A stretch of DNA of 21,581 nt from Chthonomonadales bacterium (GCA_038217285.1 JBBQPO010000075.1:1-21581); one strand, 5' to 3'; shown: positions 1 through 8,197, counted from the stretch's first letter. The notes: a model not told the origin generated them from the letters alone. Made by a program: numbers and translations.

Positions 1-28
1 ATCGGTCGTAAGCGGACGGAGAAAAAAT

Positions 29-703
29 ATGAATCGAGACATAGCCTATCTCTCTTCCATCCCGGAAGAGGCACGGGAGAAAGTGACGGCGCGCTACGGC
101 AAGATCGGCAAGAAGCGTGCGGAGTATTACAACGGTAAAGAGCGCGTCGGCATTCGGGAGTTTTTCGTTACCGGAGAACCGGAATCCGAGTGGTCCTTCC
201 AGAACGATGTCAGGCATGGTAGAGAGTACCATTGGTATGAGCCTGATAAACTGATGTCCTGCGCCCCGTACGAAAATGGTGTCGCGCATGGAACGGCGTT
301 TCAATGGGGGAGAGATGGCAGCCTCCTCGGCTCCTACACGATGGATCGGGGAACAGGGATCGACCTCTGGTGGCAGGATTGGGAAGACGGCTCGGCAACT
401 CTTGAGGAAGTACATTACGAACGCAACGGCAGCTCCCACGGTTTCGAGTGGTGGCTAAACACCGATGCATCCCTTCGGGAGGAGCGGCACTGGTGTGAAG
501 GGGAAGGGCACGGTATCGAGCGGGAATGGAACGCGAAAGGTGGTTTGAGACGCGGCTGCCCACGCTATTATGTCCACGGCGAGCGCGTGACGAAGAGACA
601 GTACAGCAAGGCATCCGCGCAGGACACGACATTGCCGTCCTGCCGCCCCGAGGACAACGCTCCTCAGAGAGTTTTCCCACCGGAGATTGCTGTCCATCTC
701 TGA
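29..703 (+). CDS. YwqK-family/MORN-variant repeat protein (putative antitoxin-like)
   Basis: Repeated units of the form Y.NG..HG....W...G.L (NDVRHGREYHWYEPDKL, ENGVAHGTAFQWGRDGSL, RNGSSHGFEWWLNTDASL, EGEGHGIEREWNAKGGL); GGAGA upstream of ATG 29. Confidence 0.65.
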   Translation: MNRDIAYLSSIPEEAREKVTARYGKIGKKRAEYYNGKERVGIREFFVTGEPESEWSFQNDVRHGREYHWYEPDKLMSCAPYENGVAHGTAFQWGRDGSLLGSYTMDRGTGIDLWWQDWEDGSATLEEVHYERNGSSHGFEWWLNTDASLREERHWCEGEGHGIEREWNAKGGLRRGCPRYYVHGERVTKRQYSKASAQDTTLPSCRPEDNAPQRVFPPEIAVHL

Positions 704-881
704 CCGGAAGGCCAGCCCGTGAGATGCCCTTGCGAAAACGTTTTCCTCTATTGAGATCTCATGTGTCTCTCTCGGATGTGCCGCAGAAGGACTTCAATGG
801 CAGGATGAGGAATTCTAGGGCTTATAAAGTAGTTCGCGGTCGTCTGCCGCTCGGATGGCCGTGGGTTTAGGGAGCAGTTGA

Positions 882-1166
882 ATGACGATTACCCTGAATT
901 TACCTCCGGATATCGAAAATAGCCTGGAAGCGCATGCTGCCGAATGCGGTTTACCAGTGGAAATCTACCTCGAACGCTTCCTGGAACAAGCCTTCTCTAC
1001 GGAGCCTGCCGAAACCGAGGGCAAACTCGACCGCCGCAGTTTCCTTAAACTTCCGCTTGCCGAGCGCCGCAAAATTCTTGCGGCGCAGGCTGAGCAGATG
1101 GCTCCTTACTACGAACAAAATAGCGACTGGAAAGAGTGGCTTGGTGGAGATTTCGTTGAGTATTGA
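882..1166 (+). CDS. Putative type II antitoxin with RHH-like N-terminus
   Basis: 94 aa; N-terminus MTITLNLPPDIENSLEAHAAECGLPVEIYLERFLE resembles ribbon-helix-helix antitoxins; GGAG SD before the ATG; stop overlaps the downstream toxin start. Confidence 0.7.
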   Translation: MTITLNLPPDIENSLEAHAAECGLPVEIYLERFLEQAFSTEPAETEGKLDRRSFLKLPLAERRKILAAQAEQMAPYYEQNSDWKEWLGGDFVEY

Positions 1167-1527
1167 ACGGCCTCAACCCAAACGCGGCGAGATATGGAGA
1201 GTGGATTTCGACCCGACAGTAGGGTCTGAAATACGCAAAGCGCGTCCGGCGGTCGTTGTTAGTTTGGATGCCGCCGACAGATTGCCCGTCAAACTTGTCG
1301 CACCGATCACAGGTTGGAACCCTGGTTTTGCAAACAATCTATGGCACGTCCATCTCTTGCCGAACTCCACGAATGGTCTGAAGAAAGAATCGGCGGTGGA
1401 TGTTCTTCAGATGCGGGGCGTTGACATACAGCGGTTTGTCGTGCGCATCGGTGAGGTTTCACAAGCAGAGTTGACGGAGATCACGCGGGCAATCGCCGCA
1501 GTGGTCGAGTTTGATCCAGAAGCATAA
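1156..1527 (+). CDS. mazF: PemK/MazF-family endoribonuclease toxin
   Basis: Motifs RGEIWRVDFDPTVGSEIRKARPAVVVS, VAPIT, NGLKKESAVDVLQMR, RIGEVS. The start is more likely TTG 1156 (GGAGA at 1146-1150) than the ORF-track start at 934. Confidence 0.9.
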   Translation: MSIERPQPKRGEIWRVDFDPTVGSEIRKARPAVVVSLDAADRLPVKLVAPITGWNPGFANNLWHVHLLPNSTNGLKKESAVDVLQMRGVDIQRFVVRIGEVSQAELTEITRAIAAVVEFDPEA

Positions 1528-1591
1528 TCCCTGTCTGTTTTCAGGCAAAAAACAGATTTCGCATTATCAGGAAGCGTGGGAAGAGGGTTGT

Positions 1592-3700
1592 ATGGCGGAT
1601 AGAGAACTGGAATCGGCGGCGGCGGTGCGTGAGGCGCTACGCGAGATACGCGACGCGCGGCAGGCGCTCAATGAGCGTGTCGTGTTGGCGGTGCAGCAGC
1701 GCAACCGCATGCAGGATGAGTGCGTCGTCCGGGAGCGCGAAATCGCCGACATTGAGACGAAAGCCGCGCTGGCAGAGCGCATCAACCGCCTTGAACTGGC
1801 GATAGAACTTCGCGCAGAGCGCAAAAAGCGCGAAGCGGAACTGATCTTTTTGCGGCAAAAGCTGACGGAAGCGGACGCCAACGCCGAGAGTGCGAAGATG
1901 CGTCTGCCCGAAGAGGAGGCACGACTGCTGCTGCAGGTCAACGCGCTGCAGGCGCAACTGGTGCAGGCGGCTGGAAATCGGATGCGGGCTTCGGAAGAGC
2001 TCGATCTCGCCAGCCCCTCCGAAGAGATGTGGCAGCGCGCCTCGGAGAAGGTGCGGGAAATGGGCCGCGAAGCCTCGGCGCGCGAGGAAGTGGCGGGTAT
2101 TCGCAGTGGACAGCCCTCGACCGGCGCTCTCTATACCGCACGCGCCGCGCCCCTCTCCCACGATGAGAACGCCGCGCAGCAGCTTTCGGAACTCGAAACC
2201 CGGCTCGGCCTTGCCCCGGCCGCCAAGACAAACGCACTGCCTGCCGCCGGCGTCAATACCCGATTTCTGGAACTGGATGATACGCCCCCTGTGGCAGCAA
2301 CCGAGGTTCCGCACACAGCAACAGCGGCTTCGGACCCGGCTTCTCCGCGCACGGTCGCGATCACACCGCAAAAAGTGGCGGAGCCGCCGGCCTTTCACAT
2401 CGTCAAACAGACTCAAGGAGAAACCTCGCTTATGGATCCGACACAGCGCGTCCGCGTCGCCGCCATTGGAACAGGCGGCATCTTCCGGGGAGCACATCTT
2501 CCCTGCTATCCCGACATCGCCAATGCGCACCTCGTCGCCTTTTGCGACCCCGATTCGACAGCGCAGAAGCTGACCCGCAAACGCTACGATGGGCTGGTCG
2601 ATACGAAGATCGCGCAGTGTAAGGAGCGCGGCGACACCGACACCATCGAGCGGCTGGAGCGCGACCGCGAGCAGATCAAGTTCTACGAAGATATCAGCCA
2701 GATCATCGCGGAGGTCAAGCCGGACCTCGTGGACATCTGCACCCAGCCTGTTCTGCACGCCCCCCTCGCCATACAGGCCCTCGACGCGGGCATCAACGTC
2801 ATGTGCGAAAAGCCGATATCGCGGAGCTGGCTGGAGTCCGAGCGCGTCATTGCCGCCGTCAAGCGGTCCGGCAAGGTCTACCAGCATAACGAAAACTGGC
2901 TGTTCGAGCCAGACTACTATACCGTCAAAAAACTCGTGGATTCCGGGGCTATCGGCGAGCTTGCCATGATGTTTCTGACGCAGGCGCACGGCGGGCCGGA
3001 AGGCAACCCGCGTTTCTGGAACTCCGATTTCGGCGGCGGCGGCTCCCTGCTCGACAACGGTATCCATGCCATCGGCGCCGCCTGGTACGTCGCCGGACTG
3101 CACAAGACGCCGACGCTCGTCAAAGCCGCCGCGCCGTTCGGCATGAGTATCCGCATGCCGCACCGCATCATCGACGGGCGGCTCCAGCAGGTCACCGTGG
3201 ACGATGACGCGCACATCCTCATCCGCTTCGAGGATGCGCAGAGCGGAGCCTGGAGCACCGCCCATGTGGAAGGCTCATGGAGCGAGCAGGACTCACCCGA
3301 TACCGCCTATATCGGCACCACCGGCTCGATCAAGATGGTCGATACCGATGGCAAACGCTTCGCCGTCGTGACCGACGCCCACGGGCACGAGAGCCGCCGT
3401 CTCCGCGTCAGCGGCTCCAACTGGCAGCACTGGCCCTCCTCGTTCTACGGCGAGATCCAGAACATGGTCGAATGTCTCCGCAACGGCGTACCCTCCGTGA
3501 TGACAGCGGAGTTCGGCGCGGACTGCTCCGCCATCGTCGGGGCTTCGTATCTCTCCGAAAAGAACGGCAAGCGCGCCGTTACGCTCGACGAGTTCCGACA
3601 GTTCGCCCACGACATCGCCGCCCGTTATCCCGACGATCCCACCGGCGCCGACAACGCCCTCGTCGACTCGCTGCTCTCGGCCGTTCGCGACAAAAAATAG
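1592..3700 (+). CDS. PspA/IM30-like coiled-coil domain fused through a low-complexity linker to a Gfo/Idh/MocA NAD(P)-dependent oxidoreductase
   Basis: N-terminal ~205 aa are helical with a PspA-like pattern; from ATG 2432 there is a Rossmann motif VRVAAIGTGGI, CEKPI and GGGSLLDNGIH. Start ATG 1592 follows AAGAGGG. Confidence 0.8.
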   Translation: MADRELESAAAVREALREIRDARQALNERVVLAVQQRNRMQDECVVREREIADIETKAALAERINRLELAIELRAERKKREAELIFLRQKLTEADANAESAKMRLPEEEARLLLQVNALQAQLVQAAGNRMRASEELDLASPSEEMWQRASEKVREMGREASAREEVAGIRSGQPSTGALYTARAAPLSHDENAAQQLSELETRLGLAPAAKTNALPAAGVNTRFLELDDTPPVAATEVPHTATAASDPASPRTVAITPQKVAEPPAFHIVKQTQGETSLMDPTQRVRVAAIGTGGIFRGAHLPCYPDIANAHLVAFCDPDSTAQKLTRKRYDGLVDTKIAQCKERGDTDTIERLERDREQIKFYEDISQIIAEVKPDLVDICTQPVLHAPLAIQALDAGINVMCEKPISRSWLESERVIAAVKRSGKVYQHNENWLFEPDYYTVKKLVDSGAIGELAMMFLTQAHGGPEGNPRFWNSDFGGGGSLLDNGIHAIGAAWYVAGLHKTPTLVKAAAPFGMSIRMPHRIIDGRLQQVTVDDDAHILIRFEDAQSGAWSTAHVEGSWSEQDSPDTAYIGTTGSIKMVDTDGKRFAVVTDAHGHESRRLRVSGSNWQHWPSSFYGEIQNMVECLRNGVPSVMTAEFGADCSAIVGASYLSEKNGKRAVTLDEFRQFAHDIAARYPDDPTGADNALVDSLLSAVRDKK

Positions 3701-3803
3701 GAGCATTTCGTTTCCTTACAGGAGGCGTGCGGCTTTCCACGCCTGATTTCGGGTAAAATGTAAGCACAGATACGGGCAGTTCAGGCGTGGAAGAGGGGAA
3801 CCG

Positions 3804-4676
3804 ATGGCAACGATTCGACAGGTGCGATCACGGATTAAGGTCGCCAAGAATATCCAGCAGATCACCAAGGCGATGAAAATGGTCGCGGCGGCGCGTTTGA
3901 AACGGGCGCAGGATCGCGTCCAGGCGGCGCGTCCCTACGCCCGCGCGATGCGCGAAATGATGACCAGCCTGGCGCGCGCGGTCGGAGATTCAGCGGAGCT
4001 TCCGCAGTTGGAAGTGCGGGCGCCGCGCAACATCGGCTTCCTGATCGTGACATCGGATCGCGGCCTGGCCGGCTCCTACAACTCCGCCCTGCTGCGGCGG
4101 GTCGTGGAACTGCTCAAGGGGTATGACAAAGAGCGCGTTCGGCTCTATGTCGCCGGGCGCAAAGGCATCGCCTTCCTGAAACGGCGCGGTTACAACGTGG
4201 TGCAGGAGTTCGCGTTCGCGAACACCGGGGTGACCTTCGGAGATGCCCGCGACATCACCCGGATTATCAGCGACGATTTTGCAAATGGGCAGATCGATCA
4301 ACTGTTCATGGTCTATAACAGTTTTCTGTCCGCGATCTCTCAGAAGCCGACCGATGTGCAGCTCCTGCCGATTCAGACGCCGGATGCAGACGATGCGGCC
4401 CCCGGTGACGAAGTCGAGGACTATATCTTCGAGCCGTCCGCAGATGTCCTGATGCGCGCCCTGCTGCCACGCTATCTGGAGGGCCAGACCTATCAGGCGC
4501 TGCTGGAAGCGACCGCAAGCGAACACGGCGCCCGCATGACCGCGATGAGCGCGGCCACCGACAACGCCGGCAAAATGATCACCTCTCTGACACTGCAGCT
4601 CAACCGAGCGCGACAGGCTGGAATTACCCGCGAAATCTCCGAGATCGTGGGTGGTGCAGAGGCCCTCAAGGGCTGA
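3804..4676 (+). CDS. atpG: F1Fo ATP synthase gamma subunit
   Basis: IQQITKAMKMVAAARL, VTSDRGLAGSYN, ASEHGARMTAMSAATDNA, NRARQAGITREISEIVGGAEAL. Confidence 0.98.
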   Translation: MATIRQVRSRIKVAKNIQQITKAMKMVAAARLKRAQDRVQAARPYARAMREMMTSLARAVGDSAELPQLEVRAPRNIGFLIVTSDRGLAGSYNSALLRRVVELLKGYDKERVRLYVAGRKGIAFLKRRGYNVVQEFAFANTGVTFGDARDITRIISDDFANGQIDQLFMVYNSFLSAISQKPTDVQLLPIQTPDADDAAPGDEVEDYIFEPSADVLMRALLPRYLEGQTYQALLEATASEHGARMTAMSAATDNAGKMITSLTLQLNRARQAGITREISEIVGGAEALKG

Positions 4677-4704
4677 TCTCAATCCCGAAGCCCGAACGCA
4701 GAAG

Positions 4705-4751
4705 GCAGAAGGCAGGCGGTCTACGCCCTCGCCTCCTGCTTTCTCTCTTTT
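4705..4751 (+). terminator. Possible intrinsic terminator after atpG
   Basis: Imperfect stem GCAGAAGGCAGGCG / CGCCCTCGCCTCCTGC followed by the pyrimidine tract TTTCTCTCTTTT. Confidence 0.35.
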
Positions 4752-4779
4752 CACTCTCCTTCCGGGAAACGGAGCCAGG

Positions 4780-5667
4780 ATGCCGGACACACTTCCCTTT
4801 ACAAAGATGCAGGGCGTCGGCAACGATTTCGTCGTCGTGGACGGACGCCAGGATGGGGACACGGACTGGTCGGTGCTGGCGGTAGAGATCTGTGACCGCC
4901 GCACCGGGGTAGGCGCCGATGGCCTGCTCGTGCTGGACGACACGCATAGCGCCGACATCATGATGCGGATGTACAATCCGGATGGCACGCCGGACGTCTG
5001 CGGCAACGGCCTGCGCTGTCTGGCACGCTATGCGGTGGAACACGGCATCGTCCGCACCGAAACCCTGCGGATCGCCACGCTCGCCGGGGTGCGTGCCGCG
5101 CAGATCCACCGGGTCGGCGGTGGCGACATCACCTCCGTCACGGTCAATATGGGCCTGCCCCGCTTCGACCCCCCTTCGATCCCAATGCGGGTGCCGCTGG
5201 AGCGCGTCATGGACTATCCGCTCGAACTTGACGATGGTCTGCTCCTGCCTGTGACTGCGCTCTCCACAGGCTCGACGCACGCCATCGCCTTCGTCGAGAC
5301 GCTGCCGGACGACGAAACATTTTTCTCCATCAGCCCACAGGTCGAGGAGCATCCGCTCTTTCCGGCCCGTACCAGCCTGATGTGGTGTCAGGTCGAGTCG
5401 CCGACCGTTCTGCATCTGCGAATCTGGGAGCGCGGAGCCGGGGAGACATGGGGATGCGGTACCGGAGCCTGCGCCGCCGCCGTCGCCGCCGTGCTGCACG
5501 ACTACGCCGCTCTCAACGAACCCATCCGCGTACGGAGCCACGGCGGCGATCTCATTGTACGCTGGAAGCCTGGGGCCTCGATCGAAATGACCGGCCCTGC
5601 CGAAACCATCTATGCAGGCATCTACGCACTCGATCCCGCCCGCCCCACCGCTCTCTTCCCCGTCTGA
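4780..5667 (+). CDS. dapF: Diaminopimelate epimerase (divergent)
   Basis: FTKMQGVGNDF, GADGLL, YNPDG..VCGNGLRC and ERGAGETWGCGTGACA, so both catalytic Cys are present. Start ATG 4780 follows GGAG. Confidence 0.9.
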   Translation: MPDTLPFTKMQGVGNDFVVVDGRQDGDTDWSVLAVEICDRRTGVGADGLLVLDDTHSADIMMRMYNPDGTPDVCGNGLRCLARYAVEHGIVRTETLRIATLAGVRAAQIHRVGGGDITSVTVNMGLPRFDPPSIPMRVPLERVMDYPLELDDGLLLPVTALSTGSTHAIAFVETLPDDETFFSISPQVEEHPLFPARTSLMWCQVESPTVLHLRIWERGAGETWGCGTGACAAAVAAVLHDYAALNEPIRVRSHGGDLIVRWKPGASIEMTGPAETIYAGIYALDPARPTALFPV

Positions 5668-5696
5668 ACTGCCTGCACGTCAGGCCGCAACGAAAC

Positions 5697-5739
5697 AAAA
5701 AAGGCAAAGGACGAACAGACATGCTGCTCGTCCTTTGCC
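5697..5739 (-). terminator. Intrinsic terminator of the 6S RNA transcript
   Basis: Perfect 12-bp stem GGCAAAGGACGA (5703-5714) / TCGTCCTTTGCC (5728-5739), with an A6 run at 5697-5702 that gives a U tract on the minus strand. Confidence 0.8.
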
Positions 5740-5750
5740 ATAAGCCCAAA

Positions 5751-5935
5751 GCCACCCCGCCAATACCGTGTGTATCAGAGCGCATGAACCCGAGGGGGTT
5801 CAGAAGAGGCAGAGGCTCTCCGGTGTTGCGTTTGCCCCGACAAGCGAGGCTATCACTATTCCGAATGTTGCATCCGCCCATGCAAGTACGTTGGCTCTGC
5901 GCCCACAGATGCATCACGAGTACAGCAGGGTGAGT
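5751..5935 (-). ncRNA. ssrS: 6S RNA
   Basis: About 185-nt rod on the minus strand. The 5' arm CUCACCCUGCUGUACUCGUG pairs with the 3' arm CACGGUAUUGGCGGGGUGG, and the inner helix is GGGCGCA/UGCGCUC. The central bubble has GAGCCAACGUACUU on the 5' side and the hairpin UGAACCC-CCUC-GGGUUCA on the 3' side, resembling E. coli 6S GAGCCGAUAUU and UGAACC..GGUUCA. Flanked by a sigma70 promoter and a terminator. Confidence 0.8.
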
Positions 5936-5966
5936 CCGCCATTCAAGCTACGATCACTACGGCTCT

Positions 5967-5996
5967 ATTTTAGCACATTCCCCCCGTTCAGCGCAA
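5967..5996 (-). promoter_or_regulatory. Sigma70-type promoter of the 6S RNA
   Basis: Minus strand TTGCGC-N18-TAAAAT with an extended -10 (TG-C-TAAAAT, 5975-5967). Confidence 0.7.
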
Positions 5997-6036
5997 CCGT
6001 TTTCGACCCCTATTTCCCCCATCGTCACGAACATAA

Positions 6037-6118
6037 GGAACCTTCCGAAGCAGTTCGGCGTCCGTTCGGGTAGAAGTTGTGGCAGGTCGGCACGAACCTT
6101 CTGGCGAGGAGTGCCGAC
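6037..6118 (+). promoter_or_regulatory. Two tandem ECF-sigma-like promoters upstream of the BON gene
   Basis: GGAACC-N16-CGTC (6037-6062) and CGAACC-N16-CGAC (6093-6118). Confidence 0.5.
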
Positions 6119-6149
6119 CTCACCATTTTGCGACCGAAAGGACACTGGA

Positions 6150-6875
6150 ATGCGAATAATAACCTTTGTAAAGGGCGTCGGTATCGGCGCGGCGTTGATG
6201 TATTTCTTCGATCCGGAGCGTGGCAATCGGCGACGCGCCCTGGTGCGCGATCAGGCGATTCACACCACGACTCGACTCGGCAAGACCGTCGATGCAGCCT
6301 CGCGCGATCTTACGCATCGCGCAGGCGGCCTGATGGCGGAACTGCAGTCCGTCTTCTCCTATGAGACGCCGACCGACATCCGTGTGGTCGAACGCGTTCG
6401 TGCGCGAATCGGGCATGTCGTCACCCATCCGTCGAAAGTGCAGGTCGCCGCCCACTATGGCGTCGTCACCCTGAGCGGCTCCGTTTCATCTTCCGAGGTG
6501 AACGTTTTGTTGCACTGCGTCACCGGCACGCGCGGCGTGGTCGGGGTGCGTAATGAGCTGTTGTCTTCTTCTGTGTCGGGAGCCGACCCCGAGCACATGG
6601 GCGAAGTCATCGTCATGACGAGGTGCAGCGCGCCCTTGCACTGGTCGCCTGCCACACGTCTGGTGGTCGGCGCCGCCGGAGGCGCGATCGCCTTCTACGG
6701 CAAACGACAGGGCGGCATGCTCGGCGGCGCTGTCAGTGCGCTCGGATTCGGGCTGCTGACCCGCAGCCTGACCAACACCGTCCCTGTCCAGAATGCCCGC
6801 CCCGTGCCAGCCCCGCCAACTCCGGTATATGTGTTGGAAACTGCCTTGCCCGAAACGCCGATGATAACGATCTAG
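6150..6875 (+). CDS. BON-domain protein with a membrane-associated N-terminus and a DUF2892-like hydrophobic C-terminal region
   Basis: GIGAALMYFFDPERGNRRR N-terminal motif; BON motif D..VVERVRARI...VQV....GVVTLSGSV...V..TRGVVGVRNEL; AAGGA SD before ATG 6150. Confidence 0.8.
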   Translation: MRIITFVKGVGIGAALMYFFDPERGNRRRALVRDQAIHTTTRLGKTVDAASRDLTHRAGGLMAELQSVFSYETPTDIRVVERVRARIGHVVTHPSKVQVAAHYGVVTLSGSVSSSEVNVLLHCVTGTRGVVGVRNELLSSSVSGADPEHMGEVIVMTRCSAPLHWSPATRLVVGAAGGAIAFYGKRQGGMLGGAVSALGFGLLTRSLTNTVPVQNARPVPAPPTPVYVLETALPETPMITI

Positions 6876-6878
6876 GGC

Positions 6879-8012
6879 TCAGGCGAAAACAGCCTGGAAG
6901 GCTTCGGTGGTGCGTAGGTAGTTGAAGGCGGGGTCGTCGCGCACCGCGTCCAGAACCTCCTTACCGCCGAGGTGCAGAGCGCGGGTGAGGCAGAGCAGAG
7001 TACGGGGTGAGTCGCGCTGCCAGGCATACTCGATGGCGAGGGTGCGATAGTCGGCGGCGCGACGGACGGCGTCCAGCTTGTGGGCGAATCGGGCCACCTC
7101 CATGCCATTGGTCGGATCGGTCAGGAAACAGTCGACCCCGAGCTCCCACGCCTGGAACAGGCGGGCATCGGTGGCGCGCTCTTTGGGAACCAGGAACATC
7201 ACCGCGATGTGCCGCAGGCGCGGGTCGAGACGCAGGGTGCGCAGCGCATCGTTTTCGTCGAGTGTACCGAAGGGCGTGTTCAGGATCAGAATGTCCGGAA
7301 CCTGTCGGCGCAGGCGCTGCAGAAGCATCTCCTCGGAAGAGATCACCGAGAGAATAAAATCCTCCGAGCGCAGCGCCGACCGCAGGGTTTTCGTCTGAAG
7401 GGCGTTGGCGTCGGTCAGCGCGATGCGGGTTTTGGGCAACGAGATCGCGGCCTCTTCCGTTGTCGGGTTCGCTATTTGCATTCCCATCCTTTCCAACTCC
7501 TTTCGCATATGCCGCCGTCCACTGTCGAGGCGGCCTTTGATCGTGCTTGCGGGCAGATGCCAGAGCGCGGCCAACTCCTTCTGCGTCATTCCATGCAGGT
7601 AGAACAGGCGAATCGCCAGGCGTAACTCCGGCGGCAGATTTGCCAGCGCCTCTTGCAGGGTAAGACGTTCGAGCGTCTGCTCGGCCGTCTCCATCATGCC
7701 CGTCACTTCCGATTCCGCCGGATCGAGGGGCAGATGGTCTGGCTTGTCGCGGGGCAGCCAGTTACGGCAGGTGTTCAGCGCAATCTGCGTGAGCCAGGCT
7801 GGCAGAGCCTCGATGTTCTGAAGCTGCCTCAGACGGGTGCAGGCGCGCACCAGCGTCTCCTGCGCCATATCCTCCGCGTCCGTCGTGTTGCGCGTCCATT
7901 TCAGACAGAGCGCATAGAGACGCTGCTGCTGACCAGCCAGGAGATCCTCGCAGGCGTTTCGATCTCCCTCCTGGGCCCGTTGCAGTAACTGTGCTGTTCG
8001 CTCCACGGTCAT
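6879..8012 (-). CDS. ECF RNA polymerase sigma factor with a C-terminal pseudo-receiver and TPR-like tail
   Basis: Region 2: DAEDMAQETLVRA, AWLTQIALNTCRN. Region 4: LPPELRLAIRLFYLHGMTQKELA...STIKGRL. A REC-fold segment and a DPAFNYLR tail follow. Start ATG 8012 with GAGGAG at 8029-8024. Confidence 0.85.
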   Translation of the reverse strand: MTVERTAQLLQRAQEGDRNACEDLLAGQQQRLYALCLKWTRNTTDAEDMAQETLVRACTRLRQLQNIEALPAWLTQIALNTCRNWLPRDKPDHLPLDPAESEVTGMMETAEQTLERLTLQEALANLPPELRLAIRLFYLHGMTQKELAALWHLPASTIKGRLDSGRRHMRKELERMGMQIANPTTEEAAISLPKTRIALTDANALQTKTLRSALRSEDFILSVISSEEMLLQRLRRQVPDILILNTPFGTLDENDALRTLRLDPRLRHIAVMFLVPKERATDARLFQAWELGVDCFLTDPTNGMEVARFAHKLDAVRRAADYRTLAIEYAWQRDSPRTLLCLTRALHLGGKEVLDAVRDDPAFNYLRTTEAFQAVFA

Positions 8013-8084
8013 TTTGGCGTCTGCTCCTCGGTTTGCTCTCCCTGATATAGACACACCGAACGCACAAAATGGAAGAGCAGACGC

Positions 8085-8120
8085 AAAAAAAGAGAGGTTC
8101 ATGAGGAACCTCTCTTTTTT
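8085..8120 (-). terminator. Intrinsic (potentially bidirectional) terminator after the DUF1559 gene
   Basis: Perfect 15-bp inverted repeat AAAAAAGAGAGGTTC (8086-8100) / GAACCTCTCTTTTTT (8106-8120). Confidence 0.8.
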
Positions 8121-8197
8121 GCACCGAGTGGCGAGAACGGAGAGCCGTTCTCGCTGACACTCAAAGGGAGTGTTAGCGGGAACCATCAGGAGCGGAA

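Noticed and set aside
934-1155. N-terminal extension of the MazF ORF
   Set aside because: Overlaps the antitoxin; family similarity begins only after TTG 1156, which has its own SD.
5552-6073. Small ORFs (5552-5917 minus, 5768-6073 plus) and a REP interpretation of the hairpin at 5785-5802
   Set aside because: Better explained by the 6S RNA structure, promoter and terminator.
8080-8101. TGAACC...CGTC as an autoregulatory ECF promoter of the sigma gene
   Set aside because: The spacer is only 12 nt and the motif is part of the terminator stem.
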